A stretch of DNA of 61,740 nt, the filler included, from Candidatus Woesearchaeota archaeon (GTDB lineage: Archaea; Nanobdellota; Nanobdellia; Woesearchaeales; CAZJJJ01): the NCBI GenBank assembly GCA_046538795.1. It is 7 parts of 7 records of this genome, joined end to end, with 100 filler letters (N's around TTAATTAATTAA, not from the genome) between each part and the next. Parts side by side here need not be neighbours in the genome. Positions count along the whole stretch, not along the records: positions 1 to 15,968 come from JBKHIF010000030.1; 6 more parts are not named here. The stretch is one strand, 5' to 3'. A program made the position numbers and the translations under genes. The notes under the pieces were generated by a model. The model had not been told where the DNA came from, did no database searches, and worked only from the letters and a program-made list of their open reading frames with translations. Of this stretch, positions 1 through 9,183 are shown in pieces. The first letter of the stretch is position 1. Each line of letters begins with the position of its first letter.

Positions 1-126
1 GAAACACGATTGAAACTTTGTTTAAATGTGCGCAGAAATTTAAAAAATTTCTTTTCGTTTTTGTGAGATTTGCCCTGCAAGGGTACTTTTCGAGTAGGTC
101 GGGGAATAGCCATCGGTTTGAGTTAT
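1..126 (+). repeat. Dispersed structured intergenic repeat, copy A
   Basis: 1-53 matches 15916-15968 at 51/53 nt. Core TGCCCT-GCA-AGGGTACTTTTCGAGTA...GGGGAATAGCCATCGGTTTGAG matches the reverse complement of 16069-16120 and resembles 35420-35475. Confidence 0.85.
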
Positions 127-167
127 AACGAAAACAAATATAAATGGGTGCACCCCCAAATAAGAAT

Positions 168-932
168 ATGGTTGTGAAAACAAAAGAAAAAAACAAAAAA
201 TCTTCAGTTGTTTCTAAAAAAAAGACTTCTGCAAAAAAAAGGATAAGATCCAGTTATGAAAAGCCGCTTGTCCTTATAAATTTCAAAACATATGAACAGG
301 CAACAGGTGATAATGCGCTTGAGCTTGCTTTGATATGTGAAAAAGTTGCTCTTGATACAGGTGCGAACATTATTGTTGCTGTTCAGCCTACTGATATTAG
401 GATGATTGCAGAGACAGTTTCTATCCCTGTCTATTCACAGCACATTGATCCTGTTACTTATGGTTCTTTTACAGGTCATGTTACACCTGAGTCTGTAAAA
501 CAGGCTGGAGCAGCAGGAACACTTCTTAATCATTCAGAAAATAGGTTGAGAATTGACATACTTCAGGCCTGTGTAATTGCAGCAAAAAATATAGGTATAA
601 AGACCGTGATATGTGCAAATGATGCAATAATCGGACAAGCTGTTAATTCTCTTGAACCTGATTATATTGCAGTTGAACCTCCTGAACTTATAGGGGGAGA
701 TATTTCTGTTAGCGATGCAAAACCTTCTGTTATAAAAGAATCCGTAAAACGGATTTCAGGAAAATCAAAAAAGAAAACAGTTTTGGTAGGTGCAGGCATA
801 AAGACAAATAAGGATTTTAAAAAATCAATAAAACTTGGAGCAAATGGTGTTCTTATCGCCTCAGGAATTACAAAAGCAAAGGATCCTGAAAAGGCATTGC
901 GCGACTTAATCAAAGGAATTTTTAAAAAATAA
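168..932 (+). CDS. tpiA: Triosephosphate isomerase, archaeal type, with Lys-rich N-terminal extension
   Basis: INFKTY, GTLLNHSE, AVEPPELIG and VGAGI motifs. The start could be 144 or 168. Confidence 0.95.
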   Translation: MVVKTKEKNKKSSVVSKKKTSAKKRIRSSYEKPLVLINFKTYEQATGDNALELALICEKVALDTGANIIVAVQPTDIRMIAETVSIPVYSQHIDPVTYGSFTGHVTPESVKQAGAAGTLLNHSENRLRIDILQACVIAAKNIGIKTVICANDAIIGQAVNSLEPDYIAVEPPELIGGDISVSDAKPSVIKESVKRISGKSKKKTVLVGAGIKTNKDFKKSIKLGANGVLIASGITKAKDPEKALRDLIKGIFKK

Positions 933-997
933 TTTTTATTTTTTTTATCTTTCATTTAGCAAAGATTTAAATATCGTTTTTCTTTTAGTGTTAAGTA

Positions 998-2548
998 ATG
1001 TCTTTCTTAAAAACACAGAGAAAAAAGGCTATTCATGTTGCAGAGAAATGCATTGAATGCGGAAGATGTTTTCAGTACTGCCCATTTGATATTTTTCCCA
1101 AGGATCACCTGAAATGCTATTATCTAATAAGGCAGGCAAACAGTGCAGTGATGTTTGGAACTCCAATATCTAACGAGCTTAAGAAAATGCTTTATAAATG
1201 CAGTGTCTGCGATCGTTGTTTTGATGTCTGTCCTGAAGAGATACACAGAGCAGATGCAAATCTTTACCAGAAATTGAAACTTCCCAATCCTGTGAAACAG
1301 TCTCTTAATCTTCCATCTATAATACCTTCAATAAAGATAGGCATATCTTCTGTAGGATTAAGTGCAAAAACAAAAGAAGAAAGAAACTGGATTAAGAGCA
1401 TCAATACTCTTGAACCTGCTCGTGTAATGGTATATCATGGATGCTATATTAATTTTTCAAAAGACACATGCATGCGTCTTGAAAATATCCTTACACTTGC
1501 AAACGAAAGCTTTAGCTCTGTTGGAGGCAAAAATTTTTGTTGCGGAGGGATAGATGGTTACAGGGGACAGGATAATTTTAAAAAATCATATTCAAAACTC
1601 AAAAAAGTCATAGAAAAGATCAATCCCTTTGAGATTATAACTACATGCGGGCATTGTTTTGAAGTTCTTGACAGAATAATTTATGAAATGGATGTAGATA
1701 TCAAAGTAAGGCATGCAACAGGAAAAATACTTGAATATGTCGAAGCTAAAAAGATCAAGCTTCATAAGCTTGAAACTTCTGTTACAATCCATGATGCCTG
1801 CCTTATGCCTTATCTCTATGAAGATGATGGTCCTGTAAGAAAACTTCTCAAAAAGATCGTAACTGTAAACGAGATGCAGAATTCAAAGGATCAAAGCAAT
1901 TGCTGTGGGAACATATCCTTAGCATATGATAGCAGGCTTGTGGACAAGCAAAATGAAAAGATAATAAAACAATTCCACGACTCAAAGGCATCTCATATCT
2001 GCACTTACTGCCCAAGATGCACAGAGATATTTGATCGTTATCCTAAAGATACCAAGGCTCTTGATATTATAGATATAATCTATGATTCTATCTTTAGGAA
2101 ACAGTATCCTAGCAAAATTGAATTTGTTCCAAAGCTTGAAAAGAAAAAAAATGATGATCAGCTTTTAAGTATAGATAAAGATGCCAAATCAAGAGAAAAA
2201 TCCAAAAAAATTCCTGATTATCAGAATACTTCTGCTGATAATTTTGTTTCAATTTCTGACAAAAACATCCAAGGTTCAACAGATGGATCAATATCAATAG
2301 ATGCTCCAAAGAGGATTACCAGAAAAAATATGCTTCATGGATTGAAAAAAAAGGTCAAGCACTTAACAGGTTATGAGAATCTTGCAGATGCAAGAAAAGA
2401 TAATAAGAATCATAATAGTAACTCAAAAAAAAAATCACATTCAAAAAATAAGCGCTCAAGAATTGACGTGAAAAAAAATTCCGGAAAAAGATCCAAAACA
2501 AATAATACATCCAAGGTGAATAAAAAGACACCTAAAAAAAGCAAATAA
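998..2548 (+). CDS. Fe-S oxidoreductase (4Fe-4S dicluster + two CCG domains; HdrD/GlpC-like) with Lys-rich C-terminal tail
   Basis: CIECGRCFQYCP and CSVCDRCFDVCP ferredoxin motifs; YHGC...CCGG...CGHC and HDAC...CCG...CPRC CCG domains. Confidence 0.85.
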   Translation: MSFLKTQRKKAIHVAEKCIECGRCFQYCPFDIFPKDHLKCYYLIRQANSAVMFGTPISNELKKMLYKCSVCDRCFDVCPEEIHRADANLYQKLKLPNPVKQSLNLPSIIPSIKIGISSVGLSAKTKEERNWIKSINTLEPARVMVYHGCYINFSKDTCMRLENILTLANESFSSVGGKNFCCGGIDGYRGQDNFKKSYSKLKKVIEKINPFEIITTCGHCFEVLDRIIYEMDVDIKVRHATGKILEYVEAKKIKLHKLETSVTIHDACLMPYLYEDDGPVRKLLKKIVTVNEMQNSKDQSNCCGNISLAYDSRLVDKQNEKIIKQFHDSKASHICTYCPRCTEIFDRYPKDTKALDIIDIIYDSIFRKQYPSKIEFVPKLEKKKNDDQLLSIDKDAKSREKSKKIPDYQNTSADNFVSISDKNIQGSTDGSISIDAPKRITRKNMLHGLKKKVKHLTGYENLADARKDNKNHNSNSKKKSHSKNKRSRIDVKKNSGKRSKTNNTSKVNKKTPKKSK

Positions 2549-2576
2549 TAAAAGATAGTTCTTTTTCTGATTTATC

Positions 2577-3377
2577 ATGATACTTTCAGATGTGCATTGC
2601 CACCTTGATCATCCTGCCATCTCTTCAAGGATTGATGATGTTATTGCGAATGCGAAAAATGCTTCTGTTAAGGCAATGATAACAAATGGCATAAATCCTG
2701 AAACTAATAATATTTCTTTAAATCTATCAAAAAAATATGAAAATGTGTATTCTGCTCTGGGAATATATCCTATTGATGCTCTTCAGAATGAAGCAAAAGA
2801 CGTTGAAGGCGGTTATCCTGTCACAAAGAATAGTTTTGACTGGAATGAACACATCAACTGGATAAAAGATAAGATAAAGACAAATAGGAATGTTCTTGCG
2901 ATAGGAGAGGTCGGACTTGATTATAATTTTCCAGAGCCAGATAAAGACCTTCAGAAAAAAATCTTCCAGAGATTCATAGAACTTTCTGAAAAGACAAAAA
3001 AACCTCTGATAATACATTCAAGAAAAGCAGAAAGTGATGTTGTTGAAATGCTTCTCTCATCAAAACTTAAAAATCCTGTTATGCATTGTTTTTCAGGCAA
3101 GAAAAAACTTGCTGCAACGATAAGGGATAATGGCTGGAATTTTTCTATACCAAGCAATGTTGTCAGAAGCCAGCAATTCCAGAGAATTGTTGATGAAACA
3201 CCTTTATCCCAGATTTTTACAGAAACAGATGCCCCTTATCTATCTCCTTTCAAAGACCAGATAAATGAACCTGCATTCATCGTAGAGAATGTGAAAAAAA
3301 TTGCAGAGATTAAAAAGATGACTGCAGAAGAGGTTTCTAATCAGATATATTGGAATTTTCAGAGACTTTTTCTTTGA
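2577..3377 (+). CDS. tatD: TatD family nuclease
   Basis: DVHCHLD, AIGEVGLD, IIHSR, MHCFSG and ETDAPY motifs. Confidence 0.95.
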   Translation: MILSDVHCHLDHPAISSRIDDVIANAKNASVKAMITNGINPETNNISLNLSKKYENVYSALGIYPIDALQNEAKDVEGGYPVTKNSFDWNEHINWIKDKIKTNRNVLAIGEVGLDYNFPEPDKDLQKKIFQRFIELSEKTKKPLIIHSRKAESDVVEMLLSSKLKNPVMHCFSGKKKLAATIRDNGWNFSIPSNVVRSQQFQRIVDETPLSQIFTETDAPYLSPFKDQINEPAFIVENVKKIAEIKKMTAEEVSNQIYWNFQRLFL

Positions 3378-3444
3378 TCATCTGAATATCGTCCTATCAA
3401 TATTCAGTAAGTTTTTAATAATTGATGATCATAAATATGTCCAG

Positions 3445-4710
3445 ATGAAAAATAAAAGAGGAACTGCTGAACAAGTTGACTGGGCAATGAGCCTTGCGAT
3501 ATTTCTTCTTTTTGTAGTTTGGTTTTTTCTTATAATAAGACCATTTACACAGCAGGAAGAGAACAAAGATGTAATTATCCAGGATATTAAAGAAAAATTT
3601 AATTTGCAGACGTATCATACTATCGAGAAAATCCCTATCTTTCCTGTTATGTCTCATCATGGTTTGGGAGTTCCTGTTTTTGTCCAAAAACCTCTTCTTA
3701 AAGATATTATAGTGGAAAATGGGGTTGATTATGCGGATTATGAAAAAAATATTGTTTTTCTTGCAGATACTGTTTCAAAACAAGATGTTATTTTTCTTAA
3801 GGTATCGGATAAGAATTATTCTGATCCTAAATCAGGATCTTTTATACGAGAGCAGAATAACAGGATTTCAATAGATTCTATGAATTATTCTGCATATTTT
3901 TCTGATTTTCTTTTAAGGACAATTTCTTTTAACAATATTGTCCAGATAAAAAATGCAAGTTACTTTTTGGAAGGAGAATCATTTGATGTTTCAGATGCTC
4001 AGAAAGAAATAAATCCTGTATATATATCATATAATTTTTCAAATAATGTTTTTTATTCAGAACAAGTAGTTTTTAGAGATAACAGTTTTGTATATGGAAA
4101 AATAATTCCACATAAGACAATAACACAGGATTATTTGTTTGAGATTGACCTTGATCTGGATAGTACATTTATCAACTATGATTTAGGTTCTGGCAGTTCT
4201 GTTTTGAACGGATGTGTGAATTTGGAAGGAAATCGAGTAGAGATTAGCAATGGCACTCAAAGCATAGGATTTTCATGTACTGAAACAATGTCTTATGCTC
4301 TATGCAGCTACCAAAGCAGAGTAGAATTATCTATATCAGCACAATTATCAAAAGATTCTCATATAGAATATGCAATAAGTTCATATTCAGGATCAGAAGA
4401 TCTGTTTCAGGGTGAATGCATCTGGGATAACAGGACAAAGATTGGTCTTTCCAAAAAAGAAGAAGGTATATCTTTGGACAAGCTTTTTTTACTTGATGAT
4501 TATGATGGTGTTGTTCTTAAACGCAGCTTGAACATATCACGAGATGTTGATTTTGGAGTCGAAATATATAATATGTCCAGACACAAGATTTTTGATATTG
4601 CAACCGCAGATTCTGGTTCAAGAGATGTATATGCTTTGCAGTACAGAGATTATCTGATGGATAATTATGGAACTAAAACACCTGTCTTTGTAAATGTCAA
4701 GACATGGTAA
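3445..4710 (+). CDS. Secreted/pilin-like protein with class III signal peptide
   Basis: N-terminus KNKRG|TAEQVDWAMSLAIFLLFVVWFF followed by a beta-rich extracellular region. Confidence 0.6.
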   Translation: MKNKRGTAEQVDWAMSLAIFLLFVVWFFLIIRPFTQQEENKDVIIQDIKEKFNLQTYHTIEKIPIFPVMSHHGLGVPVFVQKPLLKDIIVENGVDYADYEKNIVFLADTVSKQDVIFLKVSDKNYSDPKSGSFIREQNNRISIDSMNYSAYFSDFLLRTISFNNIVQIKNASYFLEGESFDVSDAQKEINPVYISYNFSNNVFYSEQVVFRDNSFVYGKIIPHKTITQDYLFEIDLDLDSTFINYDLGSGSSVLNGCVNLEGNRVEISNGTQSIGFSCTETMSYALCSYQSRVELSISAQLSKDSHIEYAISSYSGSEDLFQGECIWDNRTKIGLSKKEEGISLDKLFLLDDYDGVVLKRSLNISRDVDFGVEIYNMSRHKIFDIATADSGSRDVYALQYRDYLMDNYGTKTPVFVNVKTW

Positions 4711-4725
4711 ATTTGGGTTTTCAGA

Positions 4726-5121
4726 TTGGTAAATATAAATATTAAAAAAAAAGGGTTGATGAAAACAGTTGAAGTATTTATTGCAGCCATAATTACTTTT
4801 ACTTTTGTGATAATAATACTTCCACCCAAATATAACTATGATTCAGATCTTTCAAATTCACTTTTGGATAATCTTGACAGAGATGATGTTTTCAGGAAAT
4901 GTGTTATACAGGAAAATACATCCTGCATAGAACAAAAACTATCAGAAAGCCTTTTGGGATTTTATAATTATACTTATGCAGTTGTTTCAGATCCGTTGGA
5001 TCAAGGCAATCTGAATCTTCCTGATACTAAGATAGATGTTTATAATGTTGTTATATCTGGAAATTATACTTACTATAATCCAAAAATATTTAAACTCTAT
5101 TACTGGACTATTATAGAGTGA
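4726..5121 (+). CDS. Small pilin-like protein with class III signal peptide
   Basis: KKKG|LMKTVEVFIAAIITFTFVIII; Cys pair; co-oriented with the upstream pilin-like gene. Confidence 0.6.
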   Translation: MVNINIKKKGLMKTVEVFIAAIITFTFVIIILPPKYNYDSDLSNSLLDNLDRDDVFRKCVIQENTSCIEQKLSESLLGFYNYTYAVVSDPLDQGNLNLPDTKIDVYNVVISGNYTYYNPKIFKLYYWTIIE

Positions 5122-5137
5122 TTGTGAAAAAGATCAG

Positions 5138-5503
5138 GTGATCCACATGAAAATTACTATAGATACATCGGTTGATTCAAAGGATGAGATCAAAAAAGTT
5201 ATAAATCTATTAAGTCATATGGTCGGACATAATATTTCGCTGAATGAGAACTCTTCTTCAGGAAGCTCTTACAGTCAGCAAAGTTCTCAGGCTTCATATA
5301 ATCAATCTGATGAAAAATCTTCTTCTTCTCAGAATCAGGGAGATGGTTTCATGAATCTTTTTGGTTCTGGTGATTCAACTCCTCTGAAAGATGTTTTCGA
5401 GTCTTCACAAAATCATGATGTGGGCAGCGATCAGACCAGCCAGCCGTCTCAGGAAAGAAAAGAAGATAAGACAAACAATGGAATAAGAATAATTGAATAC
5501 TGA
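5138..5503 (+). CDS. Hypothetical protein with Ser/Gln-rich linker
   Basis: GGTGA RBS-like sequence before ATG at 5147; structured-looking ends around a low-complexity middle. Confidence 0.6.
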   Translation: MIHMKITIDTSVDSKDEIKKVINLLSHMVGHNISLNENSSSGSSYSQQSSQASYNQSDEKSSSSQNQGDGFMNLFGSGDSTPLKDVFESSQNHDVGSDQTSQPSQERKEDKTNNGIRIIEY

Positions 5504-5518
5504 ATTAATTTTTATTTT

Positions 5519-5678
5519 TATTTCAAAATTTTGGGTTGCCCTGAAAGGGTACTCCTTTGGAGCAATGCGAATTTTGAAATTAGAAAATCACGTCTTGGTG
5601 AAAACCATAATGTCCCACACTTTGCCCCACAGGAGCACTCTTCGAGCAGTGTGGGGATCGGCTTGAGCAGTGATTTTC
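5519..5678 (+). repeat. Dispersed structured intergenic repeat, copy B (two cores)
   Basis: Outer stem ATTTCAAAATT...AATTTTGAAAT encloses TGCCCT-GAA-AGGGTA and CTCC-TTT-GGAG. Second core TGCCCC-ACA-GGAGCACTCTTCGAGCA at about 5623 is followed by ATCGGCTTGAG. Confidence 0.8.
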
Positions 5679-5745
5679 TTTATTTGACATATTCTTGACT
5701 TTCAGATAATGACAAAAGTTAATATAATATGCGAAATGATTTATC

Positions 5746-6267
5746 TTGGTGAGGATGAAAAAACATACTTTTGGTTCCAGAGACATGCTTGAACAAAAGG
5801 ACGAAATTGATGATATTGATTATAACATCAAGCTTATCAAAGAAAGGCTTATAGAGAAGGTTCCGACTCATTTTTCTTTGCAGAATGTTGTTGATGCTTT
5901 TTTTGCCGCTCTTTTGATAGGTCTTACTTTTATACTGAAAGGAGCTTTGGTTAGAACTGCTTTATCTCTTACATCTTGGCATATTTTGGCAGTAGTTGTG
6001 TTTACGTTTGTAATCTTGTTTATCCAGATATATTTCATAAGCTACCAGAGAGTAAAAAACAAGGAAGAAAGAAGTTTTGGTCAATTTCTTTTTAAGAGGA
6101 TGATCACGATAACAGGTGTTGCGCTGATAGTTACTTTGGTGCTTGTTTTCATGCTTGCAGTAAATATACAGGCCGGAGGATTGTTCAATACTTTCAAGGT
6201 TATTATTCTTCTCTGGATGGCGTGTTCTATAGGTTCGGCCATACCTGGACTTCTAAAGAAATACTAA
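5746..6267 (+). CDS. Integral membrane protein (DUF2391-like)
   Basis: Four hydrophobic segments; FSLQNVVDAFFAALLIG start of the membrane region. Confidence 0.6.
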   Translation: MVRMKKHTFGSRDMLEQKDEIDDIDYNIKLIKERLIEKVPTHFSLQNVVDAFFAALLIGLTFILKGALVRTALSLTSWHILAVVVFTFVILFIQIYFISYQRVKNKEERSFGQFLFKRMITITGVALIVTLVLVFMLAVNIQAGGLFNTFKVIILLWMACSIGSAIPGLLKKY

Positions 6268-6272
6268 CAAAA

Positions 6273-7472
6273 TTATAAGGAATAATAATCCTGAAGAACT
6301 ATTTGGTCCATATTTTCGAGATTTTTGAGTATATAGAGTTTTCCATTGCCGTATTCTGTAATTTGTTGTGCCATATTTCTTCCATCTATAAGATTTATTC
6401 CGATGACAGAAATCGTTATGTTATGTGATCTTGCCTTCATTACAGCTTCAAGGATATCTTCTTTATCACCTACTGTTGGAACAGCATCTGTTATCATGAT
6501 AAGATGTTTTGTTACATCTCCTGGAGGAAACATCTCTATCGCTTTATCTATTGCAAAAACCATGTTTGTCTCTTTGCCTGCCTTTATTCTTGTCATCTTA
6601 TCTATTACTCTGAAAAAATCATCAGTAGGCATAAGATATTCTTCTACGTTTGAACTGAAAACAACAAGACCTACTTTGTCATGTGACGAAATTGCTTTAT
6701 GAGCAAGACCAATACCAGCCTTTTTTGCAACTTCCATCTTTTTTCCTTTCATGCTTCCTGAAGAATCCATGGCATATATCAGATAGATGTTGCCTTTATT
6801 TTTTCTTGTGAAAATCTTGAGATCCTCTGGAGCGACTTCTTTGTGGCCTCTTCTAAGCGCTGTTTTTATGGTCCTTTTCATTGCGATGTCTCTGTATCTG
6901 TAGTTCTTATTGTAAGAATCGACATCTTCTTTTTCACCATAGATGGATTTTTTATCTGATATTTTTTCACCAAACATATCTTTTGGAGTAATCTTGTCAA
7001 GTTCCTGCATACAGAGAGTAAGAGACGCAAGCTTGAATCCTTTTTCAGTGATGTTTCCTTCCTTATCGATAAGCTTTTGTTTTCTTAATTCTTCAATCTT
7101 TTGGAATATATTATTTTTAAGTTCTCTTTGAAACTCAGGAATTTTTGCATTTCGCTTTACAAAACTTTCATCAAAACCACTTAGCTCCTGGATAATTGTT
7201 TCTCCCAGAAGTTCTTTTGCAGAACGATAATCTTTTGTGAGCTTATCAAAAATGACATCAGGAGAAAAGGAAACACCTTTATTAACAGCTTCATTAAGGG
7301 CTTTCCCTTTTTTTTTCTGGCCGTCATCTTCCATTACAGAATGCATAAGTTTTTCTTCTTCAGTCTTTTTTAGAGAGCCTTTTTTCTTATCAATTTCCCC
7401 TTTTTCTTTCTCTGCTTTATTCTTCCTAGGGAACCTCACTCTCTTTTTCAGTAGAACCAGATTCAGAATCAA
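6273..7472 (-). CDS. VWA domain protein (partner of MoxR-type AAA+ ATPase)
   Basis: MIDAS motif MDSSGSM, later TN and MITDAVPT; overlaps the upstream ATPase. The start is uncertain. Confidence 0.85.
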   Translation of the reverse strand: MILNLVLLKKRVRFPRKNKAEKEKGEIDKKKGSLKKTEEEKLMHSVMEDDGQKKKGKALNEAVNKGVSFSPDVIFDKLTKDYRSAKELLGETIIQELSGFDESFVKRNAKIPEFQRELKNNIFQKIEELRKQKLIDKEGNITEKGFKLASLTLCMQELDKITPKDMFGEKISDKKSIYGEKEDVDSYNKNYRYRDIAMKRTIKTALRRGHKEVAPEDLKIFTRKNKGNIYLIYAMDSSGSMKGKKMEVAKKAGIGLAHKAISSHDKVGLVVFSSNVEEYLMPTDDFFRVIDKMTRIKAGKETNMVFAIDKAIEMFPPGDVTKHLIMITDAVPTVGDKEDILEAVMKARSHNITISVIGINLIDGRNMAQQITEYGNGKLYILKNLENMDQIVLQDYYSL

Positions 7473-8472
7473 GATTATTCAGATCAATGTTATTTGCTTT
7501 AGCAAATGCTTTGAATTCTTCTTCAAGGACTTCAGAAGGCGACTGAAGATATCTTATTGATGGCTTAAGCTTTATTCTGTGGGCAAGTACAGAATCCATG
7601 GCTTCCTTTATGTCCTTGAAATTTGGATTGTTCCTTCCTTCCAAAAGAGCGTTACTTTGTACTCTTTCATAAAGTCCGATACTTGCTCTTACCGAAGGAA
7701 ATTTCTCAAGTTTTGATGAATTTCTTAAGGAGCGCACGAACGCTATTATCGTTTTCTTGATATTTTCGCTCATATCAAGCAGCTTTTTTCCTCTTTTGGA
7801 AACTATAGTAACCTCATTATCAAGATTGTCAGGATAGCCCATTTGGATCAAATCAAACCTATCAAGAAAAACATCTGAAAGGTTCTCTGTCGAAAAATCT
7901 TTTGGATTCATTGTGCCTATGAAAAGAAGATCTATGTCAAAATCAACTTCAAAAGATCCTATTGTAGCTTTTCCTTCTTCAAGGACTTGCAAAAGAGAGT
8001 TCTGCAGTTTTTCTGAACATCTGTTTACTTCGTCAAAAAACAGTATGCCGTTATTTGCCTTGAAAATCTTTCCTGGTGTAAATGCCTCTAAAGAAAGCGG
8101 TCCGAATTTCATGGCTTTTATAGGATCTATATCTCCAATGAGATCTTCTACTGTAAGGTCAGGAGAACCCTGGACTCTTATGAATCTCTCGTCTCCTGAA
8201 AGGGTTATTTTTTTCGGTTTTTTTCCCTGGATTGTTTTTGGAGTTTTTTCAATGCTTGTCCTAAACTCATCATCATAGACCTGGATTTCAGGTAGCATTG
8301 CAGAGATGTTTTTTGCAAGGGTCGTCTTTCCAATTCCAGGAGGACCAACAAGTATTATATGCCTTCCTGTAAGAAGCGCTGATCTTATCTGTTTTTTGAC
8401 ATCTTCAAGTCCGATAATGTCATTGAACATGTTTTCTTTGAGAAATATTTTTTTAAGCTCTTTGAGTTCCAT
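7426..8472 (-). CDS. MoxR/Mg-chelatase-like AAA+ ATPase
   Basis: Walker A GPPGIGKT, Walker B FFDEVNR, GTMNP and FLDRF motifs. Confidence 0.9.
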   Translation of the reverse strand: MELKELKKIFLKENMFNDIIGLEDVKKQIRSALLTGRHIILVGPPGIGKTTLAKNISAMLPEIQVYDDEFRTSIEKTPKTIQGKKPKKITLSGDERFIRVQGSPDLTVEDLIGDIDPIKAMKFGPLSLEAFTPGKIFKANNGILFFDEVNRCSEKLQNSLLQVLEEGKATIGSFEVDFDIDLLFIGTMNPKDFSTENLSDVFLDRFDLIQMGYPDNLDNEVTIVSKRGKKLLDMSENIKKTIIAFVRSLRNSSKLEKFPSVRASIGLYERVQSNALLEGRNNPNFKDIKEAMDSVLAHRIKLKPSIRYLQSPSEVLEEEFKAFAKANNIDLNNLDSESGSTEKESEVP

Positions 8473-8532
8473 TGTAAATTGCCAAATAAATTTATATGTT
8501 TAAAAAGATTTTGTTTTCCTGTCTGCTTTTTT

Positions 8533-9183
8533 TCAAACCATGATAAGCGTGAGTGTTATTCCAGAAAGCATAGGTATTAGTATGTTATCATCGATAAATT
8601 TCAGGTCAATCAATTCAGAAAGCATCCCTATTGTTGATGCAATGATTGCAGGAAATAAAGGAGTTATAAAAGAACAGGCGATTGCTGATACTATGATTCC
8701 TGATACTGTTCCTTCAAGGCTCTTATTACAGATTTTTGTAGTTCCTAATTTTTTTCCTATGATGGTTGATATTGCATCCCCGAAAGTAAGTATTGCTATC
8801 GAAGCTAAAGCAATATCTTTTGAAAAGATAAGGACTGATATGAAAAATCCTGTTGTTGTTGTTATGGCTCCTTTGCCTGGCATAATATTTGTTTCTTTTT
8901 CTCGTCCAAATAATTCCAGCATATAGCTTATAAAAGGTATTTGCCTTTTTTTACAGATCAAAGAAATAAGTATTCCAAAAATTATGAGAAATCCAAGAAT
9001 GGCTGCCATAATCTCTTGTTTGATTACATAGAGTGATGCAATAACTATAAAGCCATAAGCCAGATGAAATGTCTGTCGTCTTGCTTCAAGATTATCTCTT
9101 TTTGTGATCTGTTTTTTTAGACCAATCATTTTATGTTGTCCCTGGAAATCATTTTTATTCTTAATTGTTTTTCCAGATATCAA
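8533..9183 (-). CDS. Dolichol/phytol kinase-like membrane protein (CTP-transf_1/SEC59 family)
   Basis: RRQTFHL, GDAISTIIGKKLG, KSLEG and DDNILIP motifs. The real start is probably M19. Confidence 0.85.
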   Translation of the reverse strand: MISGKTIKNKNDFQGQHKMIGLKKQITKRDNLEARRQTFHLAYGFIVIASLYVIKQEIMAAILGFLIIFGILISLICKKRQIPFISYMLELFGREKETNIMPGKGAITTTTGFFISVLIFSKDIALASIAILTFGDAISTIIGKKLGTTKICNKSLEGTVSGIIVSAIACSFITPLFPAIIASTIGMLSELIDLKFIDDNILIPMLSGITLTLIMV

